A stretch of 64,000 bases of DNA, from positions 480,001-544,000 of the forward strand of contig CAWBVY010000004.1 of assembly GCA_963792415.1 (NCBI GenBank), in the 5' to 3' direction. Source of the DNA: Candidatus Deferrimicrobiaceae bacterium (GTDB lineage Bacteria > Desulfobacterota > Deferrimicrobia > Deferrimicrobiales > Deferrimicrobiaceae). Both the position numbers and the translations under genes were made by a program. Positions 1 through 10,405 of this stretch are shown here, one piece after another. Every line of letters starts with the position of its first letter. Position 1 is the first letter of the stretch. The notes under the pieces are model-generated. The model saw nothing but the letters and a program-made list of their open reading frames with translations, made no database searches and had not been told where the DNA came from.

Positions 1-1197
<1,197 letters not shown>

Positions 1198-1224
1198 AGG
1201 GGTCCTCCCAAAGAGGTTTTCAGG

Positions 1225-1237
1225 CAAATGATTTGTA
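1225..1237. promoter_or_regulatory. candidate operator CAAATGATTTGTA (copy 1)
   Basis: Dyad CAAAT-g-ATTTG upstream of glgE; the identical 13-mer recurs at 8543-8555. Confidence 0.45.
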
Positions 1238-1295
1238 TGCAAACTATCTTACTATTTCATCCGATCGAACGCAACCATGACCGCCCCGGTTCCGG

Positions 1296-2606
1296 GTGCT
1301 GGCTTTTTCGTGTCAGGCATGCTTAACTACTCCCGTTTGTTACGCACCAATACCCAGGGCGGGTACCAATAACCTGAAGATCCTCCAGACCGGCAACCCT
1401 CCCATCCCCCGCCAGGCACTCCGCGAATCGATCCTTCTTCTGGAACGGAACCTCACCCCGCGGGGGATCGCCGCGGCTTCCGCCTCGCCGGAATCCGCCG
1501 CCCGGAACTACACGCGCGTGTTCTGCAGGGACGCGTCCATCTCCGCGATGGGAATGGCGGTATCCGGAGATCCGTCGCTCCGGGAAGGTGCGATGGCCGG
1601 ACTGGATTTCCTGGCTTGCCACCAGGCGGAGAACGGGCAGATCCCGAATTTCGTCGCCCCGGAAACCGGCGAGACCGACTTCTGGTACCTGGGGTGCATC
1701 GACGCGACCCTCTGGTGGCTTGCGGCCGTCGCGTTCTGGTCGCGGCACTTCCCAGAGGATTGCGTCGAGGAGAGGTTCCGCGGGCGGATCGACACCGCCC
1801 TCCGGTGGCTTCTGTGCCAGGAGCACCAGAAGATCCGCCTGCTGCAGCAGAACGAGGCGAGCGACTGGGCCGACATCATGCCCCGGTCGGGGTTCGTTCT
1901 CTATACCAACGCCTTGTGGTACCACGTGAAGCGCGTGTACTCGATCCCCGGCGCGGAGGAGACCCGGCGCAATTTCAACACGCTCTTCTCGCCGTCCGCC
2001 GGGGAGTTGCCGGAATACCGCCGCATGCGCCTCTTGACGCGCTACGTCCGCAACGGGGGAAAACGCGGGGACCTGTACCTGAGCTACGTGAACTTTTCCA
2101 CCTGGGGCGGGGAGGGGGACGTCTTCGGGAACCTGCTTGCGGTTCTCTTCGGCCTTGCGGACGAGAAAAGGGCGAACCGGATCCTCGACGAACTCCTGGC
2201 GGCGGGGGTCGATGTCCCGAACCCCGTTCGGGCCGTCTGCGATCCCATCCGCCCGTCCAGCCCGCAATGGCGCGCCTACATGGGGAGGCACCGGCAGAAC
2301 GCGGAGTACCAGTACCACAACGGGGGCGCGTGGCCTTTCCTCGGGGGATTCTGGGCGATGGCGCTTGCGTCCCTGGGGCGAATCCTTGAGGCCGCCGACG
2401 CGGTTTCCCGGGTGGCCCGGATGAACAGCGCCAACGGGTGGGCGTTCCACGAGTGGTTCCACGGCAGGACGGGGGAACCGCGCGGGATGCCGGGGCAGTC
2501 GTGGAACGCGGCGGCGTACATCCTCGCGGAACGCTCCCTCGAGCGGCCCCTGTTCGGCGGTCCGGATGCCACTTCTCCTTCCCTCGGGAGTCCCCGGGGA
2601 GCCTGA
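1296..2606 (+). CDS. (alpha/alpha)6-barrel glycoside hydrolase, GH100 invertase / amylo-alpha-1,6-glucosidase-like
   Basis: Motifs NYTRVFCRD, DATLWW, EASDWAD, YHNGGAWP, EWFHG and QSWNAA. The true start is uncertain and probably lies downstream of 1296. Confidence 0.8.
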   Translation: MLAFSCQACLTTPVCYAPIPRAGTNNLKILQTGNPPIPRQALRESILLLERNLTPRGIAAASASPESAARNYTRVFCRDASISAMGMAVSGDPSLREGAMAGLDFLACHQAENGQIPNFVAPETGETDFWYLGCIDATLWWLAAVAFWSRHFPEDCVEERFRGRIDTALRWLLCQEHQKIRLLQQNEASDWADIMPRSGFVLYTNALWYHVKRVYSIPGAEETRRNFNTLFSPSAGELPEYRRMRLLTRYVRNGGKRGDLYLSYVNFSTWGGEGDVFGNLLAVLFGLADEKRANRILDELLAAGVDVPNPVRAVCDPIRPSSPQWRAYMGRHRQNAEYQYHNGGAWPFLGGFWAMALASLGRILEAADAVSRVARMNSANGWAFHEWFHGRTGEPRGMPGQSWNAAAYILAERSLERPLFGGPDATSPSLGSPRGA

Positions 2607-2714
2607 AAAAGGCTCCTGATATCTGTTATATTCCCCTGGGAGCGGCGCGCGTCCCTGACACGTGCATGGTTCGACGACGGGTCGCCCGTTCCTTCGGGGA
2701 GGAGGGGAGAATCG

Positions 2715-3716
2715 GTGCGGCTCAATCCCGGAACACGGCTGCTCATCCTGCTGGCGGCGTCGGTCGCTGCGCTGATCACCCTGGGAATTTTCCTTCCCGA
2801 GCACCTTCCGTCCCTGTACGGCAGCCTGCGCGCCGACGTCCGCACCGCGCTGGTCCGCCCGTACTTCCAGATCGGCAAACTGCCGGTCACCCCGTTCTTC
2901 CTCGTCAAGGCGGTTCTTTTCCTTTTCCTCCTCAGCGTCGTCACCGGCGCGATCCGGCGGTTCCTGTTGCACCGTGCTTTGATCCGCACGTCGCTGGACG
3001 AGGGGCAGCGGTACGCTTTCGCCCATATCATGGGATACGTGGTCTACCTGCTCGGCCTTCTGATCGGACTGCAGTTGATCGGCCTGAACCTGAGCAACCT
3101 CGTTCTCCTGGGGAGCGCCATCGGGGTCGGGTTGGGGTTCGGTCTGCAGAACATCGCGAACAACTTCGTGTCGGGGCTCATCATCCTGACCGAACGGCCC
3201 ATCCGGGTAGGGGACCGGGTCGATGTTGGCGAGACAAACGGGGACGTGGTCCGGATCGGGTCGCGCAGCACCTGGGTCAAGACCAACGACAACGTGGTGA
3301 TCATCATCCCGAACTCCGAGTTCATCAACAACCGGGTCACCAACTGGACGGTGAACGACCGGAAGGTCCGTTTCAACATCCCCCTCGGCGTATCGTACGG
3401 GAGCGACCCGGAGCGCGTGCGGGAGGTGCTGCTCGAGGTGGCCGGCCGGCACCCCGACGTCCTGAAGGATCCCGGGCCGCAAATCCTCTTCAAGGGTTTC
3501 GGCGACAGCTCCCTGGATTTCGATCTGCGGGTGTGGACGACCACGCGGGTGCAGACGCCGCTGCCCCTGGCCAGCGAGCTCTACTTCTCCATTTTCCGCG
3601 CCTTCAAGGAGAACGGGATCGAGATCCCGTTCCCGCAGAGGGACCTGCACCTGAAGTCGGTCTCCCCCTCCATCGGCGTTGAGCGGGTCGCGGCGGATCC
3701 GCGGAAAGACGGTTGA
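2715..3716 (+). CDS. small-conductance mechanosensitive channel (MscS family)
   Basis: GVGLGFGLQNIANNFVSG, ERPIRVGD, IIPNS and IEIPFPQRDLH motifs; GGAGG before GTG. Confidence 0.92.
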   Translation: MRLNPGTRLLILLAASVAALITLGIFLPEHLPSLYGSLRADVRTALVRPYFQIGKLPVTPFFLVKAVLFLFLLSVVTGAIRRFLLHRALIRTSLDEGQRYAFAHIMGYVVYLLGLLIGLQLIGLNLSNLVLLGSAIGVGLGFGLQNIANNFVSGLIILTERPIRVGDRVDVGETNGDVVRIGSRSTWVKTNDNVVIIIPNSEFINNRVTNWTVNDRKVRFNIPLGVSYGSDPERVREVLLEVAGRHPDVLKDPGPQILFKGFGDSSLDFDLRVWTTTRVQTPLPLASELYFSIFRAFKENGIEIPFPQRDLHLKSVSPSIGVERVAADPRKDG

Positions 3717-4564
3717 ACCTCCGGGGCTACCTCCAGCGGCGGGTGGACCGGCCTCTCGTCGTCGTGGCCGCCGCCGTCTCCGTCGTCCTGATCGGCGCTC
3801 TGGACTACGCCACGGGCCCCGGGATCTCGTTGATTCTTTTCTACCTGGTCCCGATCGGGCTGGTCGCCTGGTTCGAGGGGCTGATCCCCGGGGTCGCGAT
3901 CTCCGTTTTCGCGTCCCTGCTCCTGTTCCTGACGCGTTCCCATGTAGCAGGGAGAGCGGATCCGGACCATTTCCACTACTGGAACGTCTTCATGCGGTTC
4001 GGCGTCTTCGTGGTCGTGGCCTACGTCGTGTCCATGCAGGCGGTCATCCGCAACCTCCTGCGGCGCGAGAAGGAGCTTTCCCGGCGGGACATCCTCACCG
4101 GCGCGGTGAACCGTCGGGAGTTCATCGAGCTGCTTTCCGCCGAGATTCTCCGGATGATGCGCTACGGAAGACACTTCTCGCTCGCGTACATCGACCTCGA
4201 CAATTTCAAGTCCGTCAACGACGCGCGGGGCCACGCTTCCGGAGACCGGCTCCTCCGCATCGTGGCGGAGGGGCTGCGGGATGCCGTACGGTCCTCCGAC
4301 GTGGTCGCCAGGCTCGGGGGGGACGAGTTCGCGATCCTGCTCCCGGAGACCGGCGCCGCGGCCGCGGAAGCCGTGATCCGGAAGGTTCAAGGGACGGTCG
4401 ACGCTCTCCTGCGGGAGGGCCTGTGGGACGTGACGATGAGCATCGGGCTCCTCAGCTGCGAGAGTGCGCCCGAATCCTCCGATCAGGCGTTACGCCTGGC
4501 GGATTCCCTGATGTATCGCGCGAAGAGCGAGGGGAAGAACCGGGTGTGCCACGAGGTGATCTGA
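3713..4564 (+). CDS. membrane-anchored diguanylate cyclase
   Basis: N-terminal TM helices; DLDNFKSVND; RSSD I-site followed by an intact GGDEF; TTGA overlap with the upstream stop. Confidence 0.9.
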   Translation: MNLRGYLQRRVDRPLVVVAAAVSVVLIGALDYATGPGISLILFYLVPIGLVAWFEGLIPGVAISVFASLLLFLTRSHVAGRADPDHFHYWNVFMRFGVFVVVAYVVSMQAVIRNLLRREKELSRRDILTGAVNRREFIELLSAEILRMMRYGRHFSLAYIDLDNFKSVNDARGHASGDRLLRIVAEGLRDAVRSSDVVARLGGDEFAILLPETGAAAAEAVIRKVQGTVDALLREGLWDVTMSIGLLSCESAPESSDQALRLADSLMYRAKSEGKNRVCHEVI

Positions 4565-4590
4565 AGCTTCGCGGGACGATCGCCGTTCCC

Positions 4591-5316
4591 CTACGGGTCC
4601 CCTTTTTCGGAATCGCCCGCCCTCCGGTTCTTTTTTGCGGTGGTAGGGAGATCTCCCTCCTCCACCTTCTCCACCTTGGAGATGCGCCGGATGATCTCCC
4701 GCGCCTTCTCCTGCCCCCCCAGGCCGAACGCCAGCCCGAGACCCCCGAGGACGATCAGGAACGCCCCGAAGAGGAAGCGCGTCGCCACGTTCAGCTGCTC
4801 CAGCGCCGTCCCGAGCGCAATGACGATCACCAGGTACTGGACCCCTTTCCCGATGAGATTCGCCTCCTTGACCTGGGCGGTCTTGGCGAAGGCCCGCGCG
4901 AATCTCCCGGCCAGCCCGCCCATCCACGCACCGAGCGCGACGATGACGACCGCGAGGAACAGGTTTGGCAGGAACGACACGAAGTGGTCGATGAGCCGTT
5001 CCACCGAGGAGAGGCCCAGGGAGTGCGCCGCCGTGCCGGTGAACACCAGGATCACCACCCAGAAGACGACCGCGCCGATGAGCTCGAAGAAGGGGTACCG
5101 TATGTCCCCCACCTCGAGGATCCGGAGGGCCGGGGTGTTCCTCGCCAGCTTCTCCCAGCCGATCGAGTTCAGGAGCTTGATGACGAGGAACCGGATCCCC
5201 AGGGCGATGGCGATGCCGATGACCAGCAGGACGACGGCGGCGAGGAAGTTCGGAAGGAAGTCGCCGATCCGGGTCCAGAGGTTCTCCAGCGGTGTGACGA
5301 TGGAACGGCCTGTCAT
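4591..5316 (-). CDS. TM-helix-repeat membrane protein (CmpX / MscS-associated)
   Basis: Two FLPNxxxAVV repeats and a C-terminal GLAFGLGG. Confidence 0.8.
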   Translation of the reverse strand: MTGRSIVTPLENLWTRIGDFLPNFLAAVVLLVIGIAIALGIRFLVIKLLNSIGWEKLARNTPALRILEVGDIRYPFFELIGAVVFWVVILVFTGTAAHSLGLSSVERLIDHFVSFLPNLFLAVVIVALGAWMGGLAGRFARAFAKTAQVKEANLIGKGVQYLVIVIALGTALEQLNVATRFLFGAFLIVLGGLGLAFGLGGQEKAREIIRRISKVEKVEEGDLPTTAKKNRRAGDSEKGDP

Positions 5317-5326
5317 GGTGCCCCCT

Positions 5327-7606
5327 TCATCGCCCGGTCAGGATGCCCGACAGCCGGGAGGATTTCCGCTCCTGGTACCTTTTGAGGAGAAGGATGGGAG
5401 CGTCGGTTCCCTCCATCACCCGCTCCTCCACCTCGGAGGTGAACAGGGAGGAGAGCTTTCCCGCGTAGCGGGAGGCTCCCATCAGCAGCAGGTCGGTTTC
5501 CCGGACCTCTGCGATGATGCTCCCGGCGACGTCCTCGGAGTGCAGCACACGCTTCTCCACCGGGGCGGCAAAAGGCAGGTCCTTCGTGATCTCCTCCATC
5601 CATTCGGCGGCCTGCTGCTCCTCCCCGCGGGAAGCGTGCGACGGGATCAGGTGCAGCAGGGTGACCGGCAGGCCAAGTTCCTTGGAAATCGCGGGCGCCA
5701 CGTTGACGGCCAGCCGGCAGGAGGGGGTGTCCTCGACGGCGAGCAGCAGCCGCTTGACCTGGACGAGGCTCTCCCCCCGGAAGATCCCCACGTTGCAGGG
5801 GGCGTGCTCCAGGACGTTGAGCAGGACGATCTCGCGGAACTGCCCGGTCCACCCCTCTTTCCGCAAGGGACCCACGAGGATGAAGTTCCCCTTCTCCTCC
5901 CGCGCGGTCTCGAGGATGCCGTAGGAGAGCCGGTGGGAGATCTTGATGAACCGGTGGAATTCGGCGTTGCGCTCGGAGGCGATCTTCTCCGCCAGCCGGA
6001 GAAACGTACGCGATTCGGTCAGGTCGCCCGAATATCGATTCAGGGCGACGTTCGGGGGGGCCTCGACGACCGACACGGCGGTCACCTCCCCCTCGTAGTT
6101 CTTCGCCAGGGCGCAGGCGAGCTTCATGAGGGGGCGCACCTGTTCCTGGCGGAACGGGACGGTGATCACCCGGTAATCCTTCCGCGCCATCTCCGCTTCG
6201 GCCAGGGCAAGCACCGAAAGGGCCTGCGCCTCGGTCTTGGAGGCGTAGAGCTTGTACACCGTGAGTCCGAGGAGGACCCACCCCACCACGGTCACCCAGG
6301 CCGCCGGGCTGTAGACGAACATGTAGACGGCGATGAACAGTTGCGTGAGGATCCCGACGGCGGGGACCAGGGGGACCAGCGGCACCCGGAACCCACGCTT
6401 GAGGTTCGGGTGGGTCTTGCGCATCCGGATCAGGGTCACGTTCACCTGGAGGAAGACGAGGAGGTACATGATATCCGCCGTGCTCGCCACGTCCTCGATC
6501 GGCAGGGAAAGCGCCATGAAGATGACGATCACCGCCGAGGCGCCGATGGCGAGATGGGGAGTCCTCTTCTCCGTGTGAATCTTTCCGAGAAAGGCGGGGA
6601 GGTTGTGATCCCGCGCCATGGCGAGGGCGACGCGGGAGGAGGAGAAGATGGTGGCCAGCAGCGCGCTCAAGGTGGAGAGAAGCCCCCCGACGAGCACGAT
6701 CACCCCGCCTCCGGGGGCGAACTGCCGCGCCGCCTCGACGATCGCAAGTTCCTTCATGTCCCCGAGGAACCGCCAGGAGGGCATTCCTTCCATGTGGGTG
6801 GCGCCGATCGCGACGAAAGCGACCAGGAGGTAGATCGGAATGACGATACCCAGGGCCAGGAAGATCGCCCGGGGGACGCTCCGTGCGGGATCCATCACCT
6901 CTTCGCTGCACTGGGCGATCACCTCGTACCCCTGGAAGGCGATGAAGGTAAGCCCCATGGCGCTGAAGATCGCCCCGAATCCCATCGGAAGGAAGGGGTC
7001 GAAGCTCCCCTTCCACTCCGGCATCCCCCGCATGGCCCAGAGACCGAAACCGATGAACAGGAGGATGACGACCACTTTGCACAGCGTGATGATGGTTCCC
7101 GCCAGTCCCGCCTCGGAAGCCCCACGGTAGTTGACGTAGGCCATCAGGAGGCACGCGCCCACGGCGAGGGTCTTCTCGATGGAGAAGTACGGGATGAGAG
7201 GAATGTGGATGCCGAACCCCTCGAGCACGTGTCCGAAGTAGGCGCCGAACCCCAGGGCGTAGAGACTGCAGGCCACCGAGGAGGCGAACCAGGTCATCCA
7301 CCCGGCCAGGAACCCGTTCGGGTGGGGGAGGGAGCTTTTCACCCACAGGTACCCGCCGCCCGCGGTGTGGAAGCAGGAACCCAGCTCCGCGTACGCCATC
7401 GCGGTGAAAAGCGTGACCATGCCGTTGAGCCCGAAGGCGATGATCAGGCCCGGCCCCGCCACTCCTGCGGCGATCCCGGTCAACACGAAGATCCCCGCGC
7501 CGATCATCGCCCCGACGCCGATCATCGCGACGCTGAAGGAGGTCATCTCGCGGCTCAGCCGGACTTCTTCGGTGCCTTTGCGGTACCCGGGCACGGAGGT
7601 GCTCAT
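5327..7606 (-). CDS. amino acid permease (APC) fused to universal stress protein domains
   Basis: GAMIGAGIF, FIAFQGYE and SSSRVALAMARD motifs; C-terminal USP-like repeats (LEHAPCNV, DLLLMGAS). Confidence 0.88.
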   Translation of the reverse strand: MSTSVPGYRKGTEEVRLSREMTSFSVAMIGVGAMIGAGIFVLTGIAAGVAGPGLIIAFGLNGMVTLFTAMAYAELGSCFHTAGGGYLWVKSSLPHPNGFLAGWMTWFASSVACSLYALGFGAYFGHVLEGFGIHIPLIPYFSIEKTLAVGACLLMAYVNYRGASEAGLAGTIITLCKVVVILLFIGFGLWAMRGMPEWKGSFDPFLPMGFGAIFSAMGLTFIAFQGYEVIAQCSEEVMDPARSVPRAIFLALGIVIPIYLLVAFVAIGATHMEGMPSWRFLGDMKELAIVEAARQFAPGGGVIVLVGGLLSTLSALLATIFSSSRVALAMARDHNLPAFLGKIHTEKRTPHLAIGASAVIVIFMALSLPIEDVASTADIMYLLVFLQVNVTLIRMRKTHPNLKRGFRVPLVPLVPAVGILTQLFIAVYMFVYSPAAWVTVVGWVLLGLTVYKLYASKTEAQALSVLALAEAEMARKDYRVITVPFRQEQVRPLMKLACALAKNYEGEVTAVSVVEAPPNVALNRYSGDLTESRTFLRLAEKIASERNAEFHRFIKISHRLSYGILETAREEKGNFILVGPLRKEGWTGQFREIVLLNVLEHAPCNVGIFRGESLVQVKRLLLAVEDTPSCRLAVNVAPAISKELGLPVTLLHLIPSHASRGEEQQAAEWMEEITKDLPFAAPVEKRVLHSEDVAGSIIAEVRETDLLLMGASRYAGKLSSLFTSEVEERVMEGTDAPILLLKRYQERKSSRLSGILTGR

Positions 7607-7704
7607 TCGCTCCTTCAGGAAACGGGAAATTTTTCGGTGTCAGGATACCGCAAGAAAAGCTGGATAGCGCGGATTATTGCCGTGAACGGGACGGTTTCTC
7701 CGGA

Positions 7705-8496
7705 TCAGGCGTTCTCCTTGCCCGGGTGCAGGCGGATTCCCGCGAGGTCCGCGACCGCCCGCGCGAGGGCGACAGGACTTTCCACGACCCTCGCCCCGGG
7801 GACGCGGGCGGCGTTGCCGACGGAGAAGGCGATCCCCTTCTTGCGGAGCACCCACCGCATCGCGACCGCGTCGTTCGCGTCGTCACCGGCGTACAGGATC
7901 CGGTCTTTCGAGGGATCGAACCCGACGATCTGGCAGATCGTACGGACGCCGAACGATTTGCTCACGTTGCGGAGCAGCTGCACCTCGGCCACGGAGGGCC
8001 CCCGGAACACCCGGATGTCCTGAATCCCCTCGAGCTCGTCGAGGAGGGGGGCCAGCAGGGGTACGACACCCGGGAGGACGTGCCGGTGGTGGACCGCGAC
8101 CGACCACCCCTTGTCCTCCACATCCACCCCGGGGATATGGGAGAGCCTGGTGAGGAGGGGGTCGAGGGTCGCCCGGACCTTCTCCTTGCGCGCTTCGAAC
8201 GGGTCCCCGGGGCGGATCCGATGTCCTCCGGGAAGACGCCACTCGAGCCCGCTGGCGCCCCCGAGGATGACGCGTGGCAGCGGGACGCGCTTCGCGAGGT
8301 CTTCGATCTCCCGGCTGGAGAGGATGACCACGAAGTGCGAGGGCATCCGGGCGAGTCCTTTCAGGAGTTCCCTGGATACCGGGTGGATCCGGGCCGCGTG
8401 GCGGTCCTCCACGATGGGGGAGAGGGTACCGTCGAAGTCGAAGACCCAGAGGAACCGGGTACCGGCTCCGATCGTTCCCGTTTGCCTCCCCTTCAT
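7705..8496 (-). CDS. otsB: trehalose-6-phosphate phosphatase (HAD IIB)
   Basis: FDFDGTLSPIV, VEDKGWSVAVH and YAGDDAND motifs; start placed at ATG 8496 (GGAAGGAG upstream). Confidence 0.85.
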   Translation of the reverse strand: MKGRQTGTIGAGTRFLWVFDFDGTLSPIVEDRHAARIHPVSRELLKGLARMPSHFVVILSSREIEDLAKRVPLPRVILGGASGLEWRLPGGHRIRPGDPFEARKEKVRATLDPLLTRLSHIPGVDVEDKGWSVAVHHRHVLPGVVPLLAPLLDELEGIQDIRVFRGPSVAEVQLLRNVSKSFGVRTICQIVGFDPSKDRILYAGDDANDAVAMRWVLRKKGIAFSVGNAARVPGARVVESPVALARAVADLAGIRLHPGKENA

Positions 8497-8542
8497 GCGG
8501 CAACTCCTTCCGGCGCGATATTTTGATGTAGTATATGTAACA

Positions 8543-8555
8543 CAAATGATTTGTA
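8543..8555. promoter_or_regulatory. candidate operator CAAATGATTTGTA (copy 2)
   Basis: ACAAAT-g-ATTTGT dyad in the AT-rich otsB/M23 intergenic region; identical 13-mer at 1225-1237. Confidence 0.45.
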
Positions 8556-8629
8556 CGATACACGGATCCATGCGGAGGCAGTGAACAACCATCATGGCGG
8601 AGCGGGGCCTGACCGGAGGATATCGGGGG

Positions 8630-9865
8630 ATGCGAAAGACGTGGATCGCCGTGGCCGCGATTTCCGGCGCCGGGATCCTCGCCTTTTTCCTCGGTGCCCC
8701 CTCCCCGGGGCCGGCCCCGGGTTCCGTCGATCCCGGGAAAGATCCGCCGAGGGAGATCGTCGACACGGTCCGCAAGGGGGAAACCGTGGCGGGGATCTTC
8801 GAAAAGCACCACCTGGACATCGGCGAACTGTTCCGGATGCGGCAGGCCTCCGCGGGCATCCACCGGCTGAGGGATATTTCCGTCGGAAGGCCGTACACGA
8901 TCACCCTCGACCCGGACAACAACGTCCTCTCCCTCGCCTATCACATCAACGACGAGGAGATCCTGCGGATCTTCCGCTCGGATCCCGGCTTCCGGGCCGA
9001 CAAGGTGGCCATCGAATACGAGCGGCGGGTCGGCACGCTGGGCGGCGTCATCGAGTCGAATCTCGTCTCCTCTTTTCCCGAGGGCGGTCCGTCCGTGCTT
9101 CTGGCGATCGAGCTCTCCGACATCTTCTCCTGGGACGTGGACTTCAACACGGATTTCCGGAAAGGGGACACGTTCCGGATCCTGGTCGAGGAGCGATGGC
9201 TGGACGGCGCGTTCCGGAAATACGGCGACATCCTCGCGGCGGAACTCTCCGTGGACGGCCGCGTGTACCGGGCGTACCGCTTCGACGCGGGGGGGCGGCC
9301 GGACTACTTCGACGACGAGGGGAAGTCGCTGAGGAAGGCGTTCCTGAAGGCGCCGTTGAGCTACCGGAGGATCTCCTCGGGTTTCACGAAACGAAGGATG
9401 CACCCGATCCTGAAGATCGCGCGGCCTCATCTCGGCGTCGACTACGCTGCGCCGGCGGGCACCCCGGTTTCCACCGTCGGGGACGGCACCGTGACCTTCG
9501 CCGGGCGCAAGGGCCCGAACGGTAACCTCGTGGTCGTCCGGCACCCGAACGGGTACACGACGTCCTACGGACACCTCGCGCGGATCACGAAGGGGGTCCG
9601 GCGGGGCGCGGAGGTCCGGCAGGGGGACGTCATCGGGACGGTCGGCTCCACGGGGCGCGCGACCGGGCCCCACCTGGATTACCGTATCCGCCGGAACGGC
9701 ACGTTCCTGAACCCGTTGACCTTGAATCTCCCCAAAGGCGGGGCCGTCCCGCCGGACCGCATGGCGGACTTCCGGGGTGTTGCGGAGGCGTTCTCGCGGT
9801 CCCTGACCGCGATCTCCCCGACCTTGCACGCCAAGGCGGATCCTTCGGGGACCTCCGCGAAATAA
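8630..9865 (+). CDS. M23 family peptidoglycan DD-endopeptidase (MepM-like)
   Basis: N-terminal anchor; HLGVDYAAP (HxxxD) and TGPHLD zinc motifs. Confidence 0.9.
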   Translation: MRKTWIAVAAISGAGILAFFLGAPSPGPAPGSVDPGKDPPREIVDTVRKGETVAGIFEKHHLDIGELFRMRQASAGIHRLRDISVGRPYTITLDPDNNVLSLAYHINDEEILRIFRSDPGFRADKVAIEYERRVGTLGGVIESNLVSSFPEGGPSVLLAIELSDIFSWDVDFNTDFRKGDTFRILVEERWLDGAFRKYGDILAAELSVDGRVYRAYRFDAGGRPDYFDDEGKSLRKAFLKAPLSYRRISSGFTKRRMHPILKIARPHLGVDYAAPAGTPVSTVGDGTVTFAGRKGPNGNLVVVRHPNGYTTSYGHLARITKGVRRGAEVRQGDVIGTVGSTGRATGPHLDYRIRRNGTFLNPLTLNLPKGGAVPPDRMADFRGVAEAFSRSLTAISPTLHAKADPSGTSAK

Positions 9866-9982
9866 TCCGGCCTCGCTGCGCAAGGAATGGTGCGGATCCG
9901 TCCTTGAAATGGGCCCCGGGTTCCCGTAGAATCATCCTCTTTGCGACACGCGATCGACCGGCCGGATGCCCTCCGCGGGTGC

Positions 9983-10091
9983 GCCGGCGGCCAGGCCCGC
10001 CGCAACGGAAGTCGGCGAACCCCGTCAGGTCCGGAAGGAAGCAGCGGCAGCCGCACATCTCCGTGTGCCGGCGGCACACCTGGCCGCCGGC
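9983..10091 (+). ncRNA. ffs: SRP RNA (4.5S)
   Basis: Helix-8 motif TCAGGTCCGGAAGGAAGCAGC; terminal stem GCCGGCGGCCAGG/CCTGGCCGCCGGC; position upstream of dnaX. Confidence 0.95.
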
Positions 10092-10097
10092 GGACCC

Positions 10098-10342
10098 GCG
10101 CCCCACCACGAGCTTCGCGCTGGCGGGGTACCCCCGCTGCAGGAAGGAAGAACGAGGGGGCAGGAGCGAAAGCGCTGAACCTGCGGGGCGCGAATGCGAG
10201 ACCGGCGGAGCCCCCGCTCCGAGGCGCCGCCCCACCCCACCTCGAGCTTCGCGCCGGCGGGGTACCCCCGACGGGAGTAGGCAAGGGGGCAATACGAGCT
10301 TCGCGCTGCTGGGGTACCCCCGCAGTAGGGAGAACGGGGGGC
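10098..10342 (+). repeat. three copies of a dispersed palindromic repeat, core CGAGCTTCGCGCyGGCGGGGTACCCCCG
   Basis: Copies at about 10098-10161, 10229-10290 and 10295-10342; further copies at 19735-19793 (minus) and 22520-22566. Confidence 0.85.
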
Positions 10343-10405
10343 ACAGACGGTAAAGGTGCTGCGGAAGCGCTCGTTCAATTCGCAGGGGGGGGGGACACGG
10401 TACCG

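Noticed and set aside
4640-8023. 1127-aa plus-strand ORF and similar long ORFs (14198-17131, 38180-41299, 41541-44069)
   Set aside because: Antisense shadow frames of real genes in high-GC DNA, with no recognisable motifs.
10098-10342. CRISPR array interpretation of the three repeats
   Set aside because: Repeats are imperfect, spacing is irregular, copies are dispersed elsewhere and there are no cas genes.
9941-10405. N-terminal extension of DnaX in the ORF track
   Set aside because: It overlaps SRP RNA and repeats; conserved DnaX starts at MAYEALARKWRP.
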